A DNA stretch of 64,000 nucleotides from Candidatus Latescibacterota bacterium (GCA_965237525.1 CBDEFO010000004.1:448001-512000); one strand, 5' to 3'; positions 9,200-20,575 are shown, counted from the stretch's first letter. Notes: generated from the letters alone by a model not told the origin. Made by a program: numbers and translations.

Positions 9200-10987
9200 A
9201 TGAGCTTAAGATATTTGATTCTTCCATTATCCTGGCTTGCTCTCCTTTTATCGTGCTCAGGAGGAGATAAGGAGGCATCGAAAGGGACAGTTAGCAGCGA
9301 ACGTTCTGACAAGAAGACAACGGGCCAGGAGTTGCTAAAGACGGAAGTAGGAATATATGGAGGAAAGCTAACTATCTCGTCCATTTCTGATCCCAAGTCT
9401 TTTAATTCAGTAATAGCTAAGGAGACCTCGACTACATCTATTACGGGCCTTATGTTCGAGGGGCTTACAACTGTGGATGGAGTAACTACGGAGGTTGAGC
9501 CTTCCCTTGCGGAGTCGTGGGAGGTGGCGGAGGATAAGAAGACATGGACGTTTCACTTAAGGCAAGATGTTAAGTGGTTCGACGGAGAGCCGCTGACTGC
9601 GGACGACGTGGTATTTACGTTCAACAGATTGATATACAATGAAGATATACCCACGAGCGCAAGGGACATTCTCAACATTGAGGGGGAGTTCTTTAAGGTC
9701 GAAAAGGTGGACGACCATACGGTGAGAATAACGACTCCTAAACCCTTTGCTCCTTTTCTGAGGTCTATCGGCACGGAGATAATGCCAAAGCATGTGCTCG
9801 AAAAGTCGGTGGAGGAGGGGAGATTCAACTCCACCTGGGGGATAGACACCCCCCCATCTGATATAATAGGGACAGGTCCGTTCAAATTGAAGGAGTTCAA
9901 GCCCGGTCAGCACGTTATATTGGAGAGGAACCCAAATTACTGGAAGAAAGATGCAACAGGGAACAGACTCCCCTATCTGGATCAAATAGTGATCCTTTCC
10001 GTTCCGAATCAGGATATACAGGTGTTGAAGTTTCAGGCGGGGGAGCTGGATGGATTGGGGTTAAGGGGCCAGGATTTTCCTCTACTAAAACCGAAGGAAC
10101 AGGAGGGTAATTTCACCATTTACAACGCAGGACCCACGTTCGGATCTAACTTTGTGTTTTTCAATCGGAATCCGAGAAAGGACGATGAGGGGAAACCGTT
10201 TGTGGAGCCACATAAGCTGAAGTGGTTTACGGATATAAACTTCCACAGGGCTGTGGCGCACGTTGTGGATAAGGAGACGATAATTTCAAACGTGATGAAC
10301 GGCTTAGGGTATCCTCAAGACTCGCCTTTGTCGGCGGCTGCCAAATTCTTCTTCAATCCTAATACGAAAAAGTATGAATACGATCTTTCAAAGGCAAGAG
10401 CTATTCTTGAAAGAGCAGGGTACAAGGATCGAGACGGCGATGGATGGATAGAGGATGAGGAGGGAAATAGGGTCGAGTTCAACCTTTTGACTAACAGCGG
10501 GAATCAGGTCAGAGAAAATATCGCCCTGATAATACAGGATGACCTCAAGAAGATCGGTATGAAGGTGAACTACGCCGCCATCCTTTTCAATTCGTTAGTG
10601 ACCCGCATCGACGCCACGTACGATTTCGACGCCGTAATCCTTGGTCTAACGGGAGGTATCGAGCCTCACAGTGGCAAGAACGTGTGGCACTCAAGCGGCC
10701 ATCTGCACATGTGGAATCCGAAGCAAAAGTCTCCTGCAACAGAGTGGGAAAAGGAGATAGATGAGATCTTCGAAAAAGGGGCCGTCGAGCTGGATGAAAA
10801 TAAGAGAAAAGAGCTTTACGATCGCTGGCAGGTGATAGTGTCAGAGCAACTTCCGATGATCTACACAGCCAGTGCCGCCAGCTTGACGGCGGTTAGAAAC
10901 AAATTTGGAAATCTGAAGCCGACGGCATACGGCGGCTACCGGCATAATATCGAGGAGATATTCATCAAAACAGTAGACAGCATATAG
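9200..10987 (+). CDS. peptide/nickel ABC transporter substrate-binding lipoprotein (SBP family 5)
   Basis: Lipobox LLLSC; LAESWEV..D.KTWTFHLR.DVKW.DG.PLTADDVVFT; GTGPF. Confidence 0.93.
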   Translation: MSLRYLILPLSWLALLLSCSGGDKEASKGTVSSERSDKKTTGQELLKTEVGIYGGKLTISSISDPKSFNSVIAKETSTTSITGLMFEGLTTVDGVTTEVEPSLAESWEVAEDKKTWTFHLRQDVKWFDGEPLTADDVVFTFNRLIYNEDIPTSARDILNIEGEFFKVEKVDDHTVRITTPKPFAPFLRSIGTEIMPKHVLEKSVEEGRFNSTWGIDTPPSDIIGTGPFKLKEFKPGQHVILERNPNYWKKDATGNRLPYLDQIVILSVPNQDIQVLKFQAGELDGLGLRGQDFPLLKPKEQEGNFTIYNAGPTFGSNFVFFNRNPRKDDEGKPFVEPHKLKWFTDINFHRAVAHVVDKETIISNVMNGLGYPQDSPLSAAAKFFFNPNTKKYEYDLSKARAILERAGYKDRDGDGWIEDEEGNRVEFNLLTNSGNQVRENIALIIQDDLKKIGMKVNYAAILFNSLVTRIDATYDFDAVILGLTGGIEPHSGKNVWHSSGHLHMWNPKQKSPATEWEKEIDEIFEKGAVELDENKRKELYDRWQVIVSEQLPMIYTASAASLTAVRNKFGNLKPTAYGGYRHNIEEIFIKTVDSI

Positions 10988-11215
10988 TAAACAGCACACA
11001 GGGAGGAGAGGCCGTCTAACGGAAATTGCTTCCCCCCGACCCCCAGTTGAATCTATTGGGGGTTCAATCGGGGGTTGCTTGCAATGACGTTGCTTGGCTT
11101 TGGCCTTCAGTCGTCGCAAGGGGTGAAAGCGGTGGGTCAGACAATCCTGTCTGACAAAGCAATCTCACTTGTCTACTGAACAGACAAGAATGTCTGTTCT
11201 ACCTACTGTTTACTT
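10971..11215. repeat. nested composite palindromic repeat (GTAGACAG arms, RPE-like arms, doubled 23-bp hairpin, REP-like pair)
   Basis: CAGTAGACAGC...CTACTGTTTAC outer arms; ATTGCTTC...GCAATGAC; hairpin at 11040-11062 inside another copy; GTCAGACAATCCTGTCTGAC and ACAGACAAGAATGTCTGT. Confidence 0.65.
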
Positions 11216-11230
11216 ATTTGGTGGTCAAAT

Positions 11231-12241
11231 ATGCTCGGGTACATAGCAAGACGCCTACTCCATACTATCCCCCTTCTGTTCGGGATAACTCTGCTTTCGT
11301 TCTTGATCCTCCAGCTTGCTCCGGGCAATTACTTTACGCAGTTGAAGTTGAATCCCGAGATCAAGGAGGAGACTATAAGACAGATGGAGGCGGAATTTGC
11401 CCTGGATAAGCCTGTCTATGTACAGTATGTCAGATGGCTCAAGGAGATTTTAGTTCCAATAGTAGACAGGGTATGGGGCATTCCGATTATACGGCCTAAG
11501 CTCAACTTTGGCTATTCCTTCACATACCACGTTCCTGTATCTACCCTGATAAAGGGACGTTTAGTAAACACTTTGATCCTGTCCCTCTGTGCGATGGTCT
11601 TCTCGTGGGGTCTGGCTATCCCGATAGGGATCTACTCTGCGGTTCATCAGCATACGTGGATGGACAGGATCCTCTCCTTTTTAGCCTTCTTCGGCATGTC
11701 GGTGCCCAATTTCTTCCTGGCTTTCATTCTCCTCTATATCGCATCTGTGACGGGATGGTTCCCCATAGGGGGACTGTACGGCTCGGACTACGATTCTTTC
11801 AGCGCCTTCGGGAAGATCCTGCAAAGGCTGCATTATCTTATAATTCCTACGGTAGTTCTGGGCACAGGGGGAATGGCGGGGCTGGTGAGATTGATGCGGG
11901 GCTACATGCTTGAGGCGTTGAAGGAGAACTTTGTGACCACAGCCAGGAGCAAGGGGCTGTCGGAGAAGATCGTCATCTACAAGCACGCTCTCAGGAACGC
12001 CATAAATCCCTTTGTGACCTTATTCGGGTATCAAATATCGGGTCTATTATCCGGAGCGGGAATAACGGAGGCTATCGTCTCGTGGCCGGGCCTCGGAAAG
12101 CTTATCCTGGATGCTGTGTTGAGTCAGGATATGTTCCTGGTGATGGGGAGTCTGACCATGGGGGCTATGCTGTTGATAGCCGGGAATCTGCTGGCGGATA
12201 TTCTGCTCGCACTAACTGATCCCAGGGTAAGGATGCAGTGA
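11231..12241 (+). CDS. peptide ABC transporter permease (DppB/OppB type)
   Basis: YIARRLL N-terminus, EAA loop TARSKGLSE..VIYKHALRNA, C-terminal DPRVR. Confidence 0.93.
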   Translation: MLGYIARRLLHTIPLLFGITLLSFLILQLAPGNYFTQLKLNPEIKEETIRQMEAEFALDKPVYVQYVRWLKEILVPIVDRVWGIPIIRPKLNFGYSFTYHVPVSTLIKGRLVNTLILSLCAMVFSWGLAIPIGIYSAVHQHTWMDRILSFLAFFGMSVPNFFLAFILLYIASVTGWFPIGGLYGSDYDSFSAFGKILQRLHYLIIPTVVLGTGGMAGLVRLMRGYMLEALKENFVTTARSKGLSEKIVIYKHALRNAINPFVTLFGYQISGLLSGAGITEAIVSWPGLGKLILDAVLSQDMFLVMGSLTMGAMLLIAGNLLADILLALTDPRVRMQ

Positions 12242-12261
12242 ATGTGAAATAAATAGGCAAG

Positions 12262-13692
12262 ATGCGAGGCTACATGGATCGCTTCATCAGACAACATCCA
12301 TTATATGATCGTCTCATGGAGATCAACCCCGACCTGGACCCCAGGATCTCAGTTGGCGTCTTACTGGTAGACGCCATAGATGTCTTCAATGGAACGGAAA
12401 CAGATGAACGGAGTTCATATCTGGATGGATGGTTGAAGGCGAACAACAAAGAGAAGGAGGCTGTCGAGAAGCTGATATTATTGAAAGATCAGACCTTAGA
12501 GGAGCGTATTCAGGGCGTTATGAAGTGTTTAGTTCAGCTTGCCTCTTATGGAGAGTTTACAGCGTTTCTTAAGGCGTCTGATTATCTCAAAATTCGTCAG
12601 TTTGAGATGGAAATAGGCCGATATTGGAGAATAATTGACGCCCGTGGAAAGCAGGTGGCTTTCAAATCCAAGCCCTTCTATCCTGATAGAGGAGAGGAGA
12701 GATTCGACATCAACGCTTATTTGGAAGAGGGGATCACTCCGCAGCAGATGAGGGCTGTGGTCCATCGCCATCTGTCCGGAGACGGGGCGAGGTATCTCCT
12801 GCACGTGCTTGAGTGCCTTCTCAGAGAGAGGGTGGATCTTAAATACATTAGGGATGTAGAGATGCAGTCTATAGCTGAGGGGAGATTTACAGGCGTCTTT
12901 CATATAAGGGTGGAGCTAAAGGACAGGGAACAGAACGCAGAGTTCACCCTGCACGCGGCCAAAAACGAACCAAGCAGCGATGTGCTGCTCGGAGCGTATC
13001 GGACTGCTGCGGAATGCTACGCCGTAAATGGCAGCTATGTGCCCCAACCCTACTTATTCGGGTTTGCCCAGGCGAAAAGGAACCAGGAATCTATCAAGAT
13101 CGGGATTGTGGCGGAGGAATGGATGGATGGATATAAAGAGCTACACATGAAGTGTTCGGAAAATGGTGATAGGTTTATAGTGTGGCATAGCAAGGATGAT
13201 CACGAGTTGTTGGATGATGAGGATTCGGGCAGCGTAAGCGAGGAGATCGCCAAGATCTTGACTATCTATTCCGATCCGGAAAACGCGCGGTCGATTCTGT
13301 CCAAGGGGCTATGGATCAACGGCGGGGATTTTGTCTTCAGACGGAACTCGGCTACAGGTAGTGCCACCAATGCGGGGGAAATCAGCGTTAAGTTGACTAT
13401 GGTCAAGGGCTACGAGGATAGGGTGGACGTCCCCGAGTTTATGCATAGATTGATAACGTTAAAGGCAACAGATGCTGAAACTGAGGAAGGACAGGCTCTG
13501 CATATCGGGGTAATGACACCTTTGCGAGCGTTCAAGGGCATCTTGCAGGGCCTGATCGAGTTGAACGGAAAAGCAGAGGGATCAAAAAAGATGAGAACGT
13601 GGCTTACGACATTCAGGGAATCGAAGAAGGGGTCTGAGTACGGGAAGGAGATCGAGTCGTTCCTCTCTCCTACCATTGAAAGTATATCGTGA
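12262..13692 (+). CDS. hypothetical protein, possibly kinase-like fold
   Basis: 476-aa ORF with local codon style; VPQPY / EEWMDGYKELH / GDFV segments; no confident family. Confidence 0.6.
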   Translation: MRGYMDRFIRQHPLYDRLMEINPDLDPRISVGVLLVDAIDVFNGTETDERSSYLDGWLKANNKEKEAVEKLILLKDQTLEERIQGVMKCLVQLASYGEFTAFLKASDYLKIRQFEMEIGRYWRIIDARGKQVAFKSKPFYPDRGEERFDINAYLEEGITPQQMRAVVHRHLSGDGARYLLHVLECLLRERVDLKYIRDVEMQSIAEGRFTGVFHIRVELKDREQNAEFTLHAAKNEPSSDVLLGAYRTAAECYAVNGSYVPQPYLFGFAQAKRNQESIKIGIVAEEWMDGYKELHMKCSENGDRFIVWHSKDDHELLDDEDSGSVSEEIAKILTIYSDPENARSILSKGLWINGGDFVFRRNSATGSATNAGEISVKLTMVKGYEDRVDVPEFMHRLITLKATDAETEEGQALHIGVMTPLRAFKGILQGLIELNGKAEGSKKMRTWLTTFRESKKGSEYGKEIESFLSPTIESIS

Positions 13693-13906
13693 TGAAAAAG
13701 ATGACAGACTATAGGGAAGAGAAACAGATTGGAAGATAATTTCCCAGTGGTGTTCGACAACAGTGTCCATCTAAGATTGCTCTTATACAGGAGCAGTAAT
13801 CTAATGCAGAGATGGTCTATTTATACATATACTGATTGTAGTATTCATGGAAAGGTGGACGAATACAACAACATTGTAAACAATATACAAAATATATAGA
13901 AAAAGC

Positions 13907-13936
13907 TTGCCAAAAGGGTTGGAATTGTAGTATAAT
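13907..13936 (+). promoter_or_regulatory. sigma70-type promoter of secreted-protein island
   Basis: TTGCCA-18 nt-TATAAT in AT-rich DNA. Confidence 0.55.
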
Positions 13937-14035
13937 GTTAGCGATTACAGATGTGATCGAGAAGACGTATTTATTCTAGTAGAAAAAAAAAGAATTTCTT
14001 ATGAATTAGTAAGCCTACAAAAGAAGGAGGGTTCG

Positions 14036-14705
14036 ATGATTCGCATAATTTATTTCATAGGATTATTGATGCTGGTAATGTTTCTTGGAGTAGTGCAGGG
14101 AGATGAATTGCCGGTGTTGGGTTTATATGAAGGTGATAACTTAGTATTACTATCAGTAGTAAATGAGGGAGAAATGGCTTTAAAGGGGGTAGGGGTTGAA
14201 GTGAGAGCGAAAGATCTACCCGAGTGGGTTCAGATCGGAGAAGCAGTGAAGCGGATAGATATACCTAAAAGGTCTACTGGAACAGAAAAGCTAATGATTC
14301 CCATGTTTGTGCAGGAAGAAGTGGTGGGCGAAAGCTTCGAGCTACCAATAGTGTTAAGCGTTGCGGATGGCCGTACTTGGACGTTCGAGGTGTTTGGTAG
14401 AGATTAAAAAGGCTCGTCCAAAGTCCTTCGCGCTTATGCAGAACGCACCCAATCCGTTCAATCCAGTCACATTGATTCAGTACACATTGGGAGGAAATGA
14501 AACTGTTCCCACGCAATTGAAGATATTCAACATTATGGGGCAGAAGATACGGACATTGGTGAATGAGCCCCAGGCGCCAGATTATTACTCCGTCATATGG
14601 GATGGCTTGGATGATCACCAACAAAAGGTCGCCAGTGGAGTGTATTTCTTCAAACTAGCTGCAGGAAAGTTTGTGAAGACGAGGAAAATGGTTTTGTTGA
14701 AATAA
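14036..14705 (+). pseudogene. secreted protein with C-terminal FlgD-Ig / T9SS-CTD-like domain, frameshifted near 14392
   Basis: Signal peptide in ORF 14036-14407; QNAPNPFNP...IFNIMGQKIRTLV...WDG...ASGVYF...KMVLLK in overlapping ORF 14361-14705; removing one T in GTGTTTGGTA joins them. Confidence 0.75.
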
Positions 14706-16703
14706 ATGAAAAGGAGGATTAGAATGAATCGGAAGACTAGTGTAGTAGCTTTTGCTCTTGTACTTTCGTTCCCTTTCTCATCCTGGTCGGATGTTGTAGG
14801 AACAACTTACTCCACCATTTTGGTTGAAGATCCAAAGATTACTCTAAATGGGGATTTAGCAGACTGGGAGAAGATAGGGTTAGAGGCAGTCAATATTGAA
14901 CATTTCTGGTTTGGACCCACAGCAGATGCGGCAGACATTTCGGGAAACTTCCGGACTTTTGTGGATAGGGATCACCTGTATATAGGGGTTAAGGTAAGCG
15001 ACGACCTGGTGTGCTCAGGCACTACATGGGGCAGAAAATGGTTTCAGGATGATGTTGTCCAGGTATCTTTTAATGGTGATCTGGACGCTGACAAGATACC
15101 GGTGTTTGAGATATGGGAGAAGGACTATTTCGATCTCAACGACGGGGAGATACAGATTGTGGCTGACGCACGGGGAAAGGTTCATCTGGAAGGTTCAGGA
15201 GTCTTTTTCTATCCCGTTCCAGATCCCTACGATCAGGAGATTCCGTATACTTGGGAGCTTTTAGGAGTAGAGGCAGCAGTTAAGCAGACAGATACAGGAT
15301 ATACAGTTGAAATGCGTATACCTAAAGAAGTATTAGGTGTGGAGCAATTCGTTCAAGGAACCCAGATCGGTTTGAATGTACGAATTATTGATGATGATGA
15401 TGGTGGAGAACATGACAATGTTTTAAGTTGGACTAGAGAAAAGGAAACCGAGGGTACGATACCCTATGGGATAGTACAGGTAGAAGTAGTTCCAGCGGCT
15501 TCCGAGTTGGTAGATTTAGTTGTTGGGGAGGTGAAAGTGGAACAAGGTTCACAGGAGCTGGTGGTGACTATGGAGCCGCAGGAGGGCTCTGAAGTGCAGG
15601 CTATTTCTGCTCTTATCTCCGAAGGAAAGGTAACTGAAGCTCAGGAAAAATTGGAAGAGTGGGTCGAGATCCGCAAGGAAGATACGCAAAGAAGACGGGC
15701 GGTGTACCTTCTGGCCAGGTTTTATTGGCAGTCTGGACAGTATCAGAAAGTGATTCAGACAATGGAAAGACTTCTGCATCTTTCATCATCAGAGATTGTA
15801 AGATGCCAGGCTCTACAGGTGATGGGTAAGGCGTATGATGCCTTGGGGGAATATCAAAAAGCTATTACGAGTTGTGAGCAGATACTCAATATTGTAGACT
15901 CAGGTTCATATGTGGCAAAGTATGCGACGGTAGAAATGGGGCTATATAAGATCAAGCTGGGAGAATATGAGCAAGGCTTGCGGCTGTATGAAGAGGCCTA
16001 GAAGGAAAGAGAAGGTTCTCGAATCTTAGCGTTTGGAGCTGCTTATCAAGGACAGGGTATGTATAAGGATGCCATTGCACAATATGAGAGTGATGTCGTA
16101 CAAACAGTGCATCCCAAGATCAAACTGGTAGGACTTGAGAAAGTGGCGAAGATGTATGAAGAGTCTTGGGAGGTGTTGGAGCGTAGAAAAGATTCCCCCG
16201 GGCAAAGCTGGGTATCAATTCTAATGGCTTTAGTGTACGTTTATGAACAACAGGGAAGACATAGGGAGGCCATTGCCCAATACCAGAAAGTTATGGAGTT
16301 ATATCCCAACCTTGAAGCATTGGCTCAATATTCGATAGGCTACAATTACTGGTTACTATTTGAAGTTGATCTTGCTATCGTGGAGTTCGAGAAGGTACTG
16401 GATAATTATGCTGACGTTATTTCTAAAGAGTACCTTGCTAATACGCAACATTTTTTGGAACAACTCTATACTGCGAAAAGAACTTACCCTGGAAAAGATT
16501 GGACAGTAATCGGAAAAGCGTTGGATATGGTGAATGCTGGCAGATATGAGGAAGCTGCAGCCATATATAAAGATCTCCTTGACCATGTTGATGAGGGTCT
16601 CAATGACCGCCTCATTTCCATTCTAGGGATTATGTTACGCAAACGAGGGGTGTTTAAGGAAGTCTTCTCCGAGTTTCTGGAATTGCAGGGAATTGAACAG
16701 TAA
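14706..16703 (+). pseudogene. secreted CBM9/DOMON-like sugar-binding domain plus TPR repeats, one in-frame TAG at 15999-16001
   Basis: LNGDLADW...LYIGVKVSDD...GYTVEMRIP...IGLNVRIIDDD; TPR helices on both sides; ORFs 14706-16001 and 16059-16703 share a frame with no other stop. Confidence 0.72.
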
Positions 16704-16831
16704 GACTAACAATTATCTTTGGTTTGCTTTCCGCTATAAGAGAAAAGTGTTATCCTTATGAACCACAAGTCCATAGCGAAGCAGAATACCAAAAGGTTGC
16801 TAACCTTAAAGTGAAATAGAAAGGAGATAAA

Positions 16832-17377
16832 ATGCAACCAAGAGAAATTATAGTTCTGTTTGTTGTGTTGCTGGTAATAGCGTTTTTGGGGAGCAGTACC
16901 TATGCCTGGCATGATGAGATTCATAAGTTACAGGGTCAGTATGCGAATAGGGGTATAAAAGTGCCGGATGCCAGTGGTAAATTTCGTACTACTTCTCCTG
17001 CCAGAAATTTCGACACGTGGGAAATAAAAGATGATGATCATGACAACTTTTACTACGATGCAGATTTATAGGATAGGATGGACAACGTCGAGGATAAAGT
17101 AGGTAATATGGAACTCGGCAGTGGTTATAGATCTCCAGATACGAATGCGAATACAGCCGGTGCAGATCCCGAAAGCGGTCATCAGTATTCGAATTGTGCC
17201 GATACAGATAGGGTAAATGGGAAGCATTATGATCCAAATGATGAGGCCCCTCATATGACTCAAGCTGACAAAGATGACTTTTATGCTAAGTGCACTGCTG
17301 AAGGATTGTCAACAACACCTAAATCTGACCATATTCATATAAGTGTCTCGGGGAAGTCGTATTGCGATTTCCCCTGA
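16832..17377 (+). pseudogene. small secreted Asp-rich protein, one in-frame TAG at 17069-17071
   Basis: AGGAG RBS, signal peptide; ORFs 16832-17071 and 17078-17377 are in frame. Confidence 0.6.
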
Positions 17378-17485
17378 GGGAACGAGGTATAGGCCCAAAC
17401 GTTAGAATTCTAAGATGATCCTATCAGACATTTCATTTGCAAAAGTGGAAAGGTGAGTTAATCAGATAATTGAAAGGGGCAGAAC

Positions 17486-18319
17486 ATGCAACAAAAACGC
17501 GGTCAAGCATTTTCGATAGGCATTATTGTAATTCTTTGTGCTATTCTTTTGCTAGTTGCTCATGTGATTGCTCAGGATAATTCAACCTTGCCTGATCTGA
17601 AAGGCTGGTCCTTTGCAGATTCTGATTCCGAAATCATAAAGCACGCTGACATTTATTCAGTGAGCAAGGTGGTTGGTAAATTGCACGTGCTTTTCCGAAA
17701 AGAGGGCATAGAAGCGGTGAAGGATGCTGCGCCTGCGTTAATTTATAGAGCCAACGAGCTACAAAAAATACCTTCAGAAGAGACATCAGGGGAAATTTAC
17801 GACGAAGTCTTAGGGAAAATCATATAGGTATTAAACAAAATAGGTGATGAGCGATCCAAATCAATTCTACTTACGCAAATGAGGATTGTTGCAAGTGCAG
17901 CTTCGTCCGAAGGGCTGTTGGCTATTGGGCACTCCGTAGTGCAAGATATTATCGATTCGTTAGGCAGTACACAAGTTCGTATGAGAATAGGAGCTACAGC
18001 AACGCTTAGGAGGATGGCTGAGTTAGATCCTTCTTTTTTCACGAAAGAGGAAAAGGACAAGATCAGGACCCGTTTTGTGGAACTTTTAGGAGATAAGAAT
18101 GGTCTTAAAAGGCGTATAGCCATCCGGGGATTAGAACACTTTGGCGACGCCTCGACTATCCCCATTTTGGAGGAGATAGCGGAGCAGGATTCAAGTGTCA
18201 GATCTGTGGACGGTGAAGATAGATATGTTAATAGGATCGCTGCAGTGAAGGCAATAGAAAAGATAATATCTGCCCAGCAACCAAAAAACGAGTCACAGAG
18301 CCCTGTGAATTCTGAGTAA
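17486..18319 (+). pseudogene. secreted HEAT/PBS-lyase repeat protein, one in-frame TAG at 17825-17827
   Basis: Signal peptide; I*VLNKIGDERS and AIRGLEHFGDASTIPILEE repeats; ORFs 17486-17827 and 17879-18319 in frame. Confidence 0.7.
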
Positions 18320-18476
18320 TAGGTGTTTTCAGATAAAGTAACCTGGCTTTGAGAGTTAGACTTTCCAGTTCAGTAACGAATGAAGGCAGATGGATCGAAA
18401 AAAATTGCGCGACGTTGTGTCGTTTTCATAAAAGCCCACGGAGTCTGGAACATCCGGCTCGTCAGAAATGGCGGGC

Positions 18477-19211
18477 CTATAAGGCTCCCTTTTTAATATC
18501 CTCGACGATCCCGATCAGAGCGTCAACCGCGGCTTTCAGGAAACGTTCCCCCTTTTCAGCTGAGGCAAAATTTGGATCTCCGTAGTTTCCTCTGGCGGTA
18601 ATTTGATCTATCCTCTTAAATTGAGTAACCTTAGAGTCGAATTCAGATTTAGGTGGGAAGCCGTCCTTCTGGAACCTGTCCGTCTTGACTAAATCGGGAT
18701 GGGCCGTCATCATAACGGACGTCTCCATCTCGCCTGCGTGTCCCCATCCGTGGGGCCCTGCCTCCCTTATCTTCTCCAACTCGTCAAATTCGTACCAATT
18801 TATCCCGTAGACGTTCGCTTCCGGATATGCCTCCATGAGTCTCTGGAGCGCTACTCCCATATTAGGTACGTTTCCCCCATGTCCGTTGAGGACAATGATC
18901 CTGTTGAAGCCCGCATCTATCATGCAACTTACAGTTTCCACGATGATATTTATGTGTGTCTCCGACTTCGCAGTTATTGTCCCCTTAAACCTCATGTGAT
19001 GAGGAGAGTAACCGAGCCACTGCGTGGGCAGGCATAGAATATCATCCGGTATCGCTTCATCCAGATGATCCACTATCACCGTTACCTCGGCTGTGTCAGT
19101 GACGAACGGAAGGTGTGGACCGTGCTGTTCGAATGATCCTATAGGGAATATCACTACAAGGTCTCTTGACACCTTCTCCATGTCGGGCCAATTCAGTTGG
19201 GCAAGTTTCAT
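18477..19211 (-). CDS. creatininase / MftE family amidohydrolase
   Basis: GSFEQHGPHLP..TD, NGHGGN, HAGEMETS. Confidence 0.9.
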   Translation of the reverse strand: MKLAQLNWPDMEKVSRDLVVIFPIGSFEQHGPHLPFVTDTAEVTVIVDHLDEAIPDDILCLPTQWLGYSPHHMRFKGTITAKSETHINIIVETVSCMIDAGFNRIIVLNGHGGNVPNMGVALQRLMEAYPEANVYGINWYEFDELEKIREAGPHGWGHAGEMETSVMMTAHPDLVKTDRFQKDGFPPKSEFDSKVTQFKRIDQITARGNYGDPNFASAEKGERFLKAAVDALIGIVEDIKKGAL

Positions 19212-19220
19212 ATCTTTTCC

Positions 19221-20330
19221 TTATCTTGTGAAAACCCTTGGGAGTCGAGTCCCGAGCGCTGAAACTACCTCGTGGGGGACGCTATTCATCCACTCTGCGA
19301 CATCCCAGGTGGTTATCTGATTTTCTTTCTGCCTACCCATAACTACGACTTCCTCCCCCAACTCAACCTGGGGAATGTCTGTTAGGTCTACGACGAACTG
19401 ATCCATGCAGACTCTCCCCAGGATCGGCGCAAACGTGCCTTTGACCAACACCTTTCCTCTGTTGCTATGCGCGCGGGAATAGCCGTCTCCATAGCCCAGT
19501 GGGACTATTCCTATCACGCTTTTCCTCTTTGTTACGAAGCTCCTGCCGTAGCTTATGTTTTGGCCCTTCGGCACACTCCTGATCTGCGTTATGCGCGCTT
19601 TAATGGTCATAGCGGGTCTCAAAGGAATATCGCACGACTCTGGAGTCGGCGGTATCCCGTAGATCAAAAGCCCGGGGCGGACCATGTCAAAGTGGGACTC
19701 AGGTAAGAAGGCTATGGCGGCGCTATTTGCTGTGTGTATCCATTTGGGAGCTATGCCTGCACAGGAGAGCTTCGAAAGAACATCGGAAAATTTACCAATC
19801 TGCTGCCTTGAAAAGCTCAGGTCGGGCTGGTCGGCACTCGGAAAATGCATCATCACGCCCTCTATCTCTATTCCGGGGTGAGCCGTAAGCTCTTGAGCGT
19901 AACTAAGGGCTTTATCCATAGTCACCCCGATTCTCCCCATCCCCGTGTCGATCTTTATGTGAACCTTAGCGGGGATATCTCTTTTTACCGCTTCCCTTGA
20001 GAGGAACTCCGCCGCTTCTATGTTCGTTACTACGTGAGAGATGTAATTATTTACTATATCCGGGGCTTGATCGGGGAGAGGACATCCCAAGGTGAGTATG
20101 GGGCCTTTTATACCGTTCTCTCTGAGCGCAAGCGCTTCGTCTAATATCGCCGCCCCGAGCATCGTCGCCCCTGCCTGGAGGGATGACCTGGAGATCTCTA
20201 TTAACCCGTGCCCGTAGCCGTTGGCTTTCGTTACAGCCATCACCTGGGTTTTATCCCCTACAACGCTTTTAATGCTCCTTATGTTCTGCTTTACGGCCTC
20301 AAGGTGCACCTCTATCCACGCGGGTCTCAC
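19221..20330 (-). CDS. alr: alanine racemase
   Basis: KANGYGHG PLP lysine, HIKIDTGMGRIG, GYGDG, GRVCMDQ. Confidence 0.96.
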   Translation of the reverse strand: MRPAWIEVHLEAVKQNIRSIKSVVGDKTQVMAVTKANGYGHGLIEISRSSLQAGATMLGAAILDEALALRENGIKGPILTLGCPLPDQAPDIVNNYISHVVTNIEAAEFLSREAVKRDIPAKVHIKIDTGMGRIGVTMDKALSYAQELTAHPGIEIEGVMMHFPSADQPDLSFSRQQIGKFSDVLSKLSCAGIAPKWIHTANSAAIAFLPESHFDMVRPGLLIYGIPPTPESCDIPLRPAMTIKARITQIRSVPKGQNISYGRSFVTKRKSVIGIVPLGYGDGYSRAHSNRGKVLVKGTFAPILGRVCMDQFVVDLTDIPQVELGEEVVVMGRQKENQITTWDVAEWMNSVPHEVVSALGTRLPRVFTR

Positions 20331-20360
20331 TATATTTCTCCATCTCCTCCCTGCCCTACC

Positions 20361-20575
20361 AAGTAGACAGCAGTTAGTAGACAGGGGGCACTTCCTCCCA
20401 CCCCTTGAGATTGCTTCGCTGTGCTCGCAATGACACAGGACGTGCTCGGAGTGACGGTGCTGGGCTTCGACCCTTAGTCATTGCGAGGGGTGACCCCTGA
20501 TTGAATCTATCGGGGGCCCGCAACAATGTCGTAGACCGGAGGGAACAGGGGGAGTCCCTGTTTGCTGTCTACCAT
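20361..20575. repeat. nested composite repeat: GTAGACAG arms, RPE-like pair and 23-bp hairpin copy 4 (20494-20516)
   Basis: AGTAGACAGCAGTTAGTAGACAGG ... GCTGTCTAC; GAGATTGCTTCGCTGTGCTCGCAATGAC; GTCATTGCGAGGGG-[CCCCTGATTGAATCTATCGGGGG]. Confidence 0.65.
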
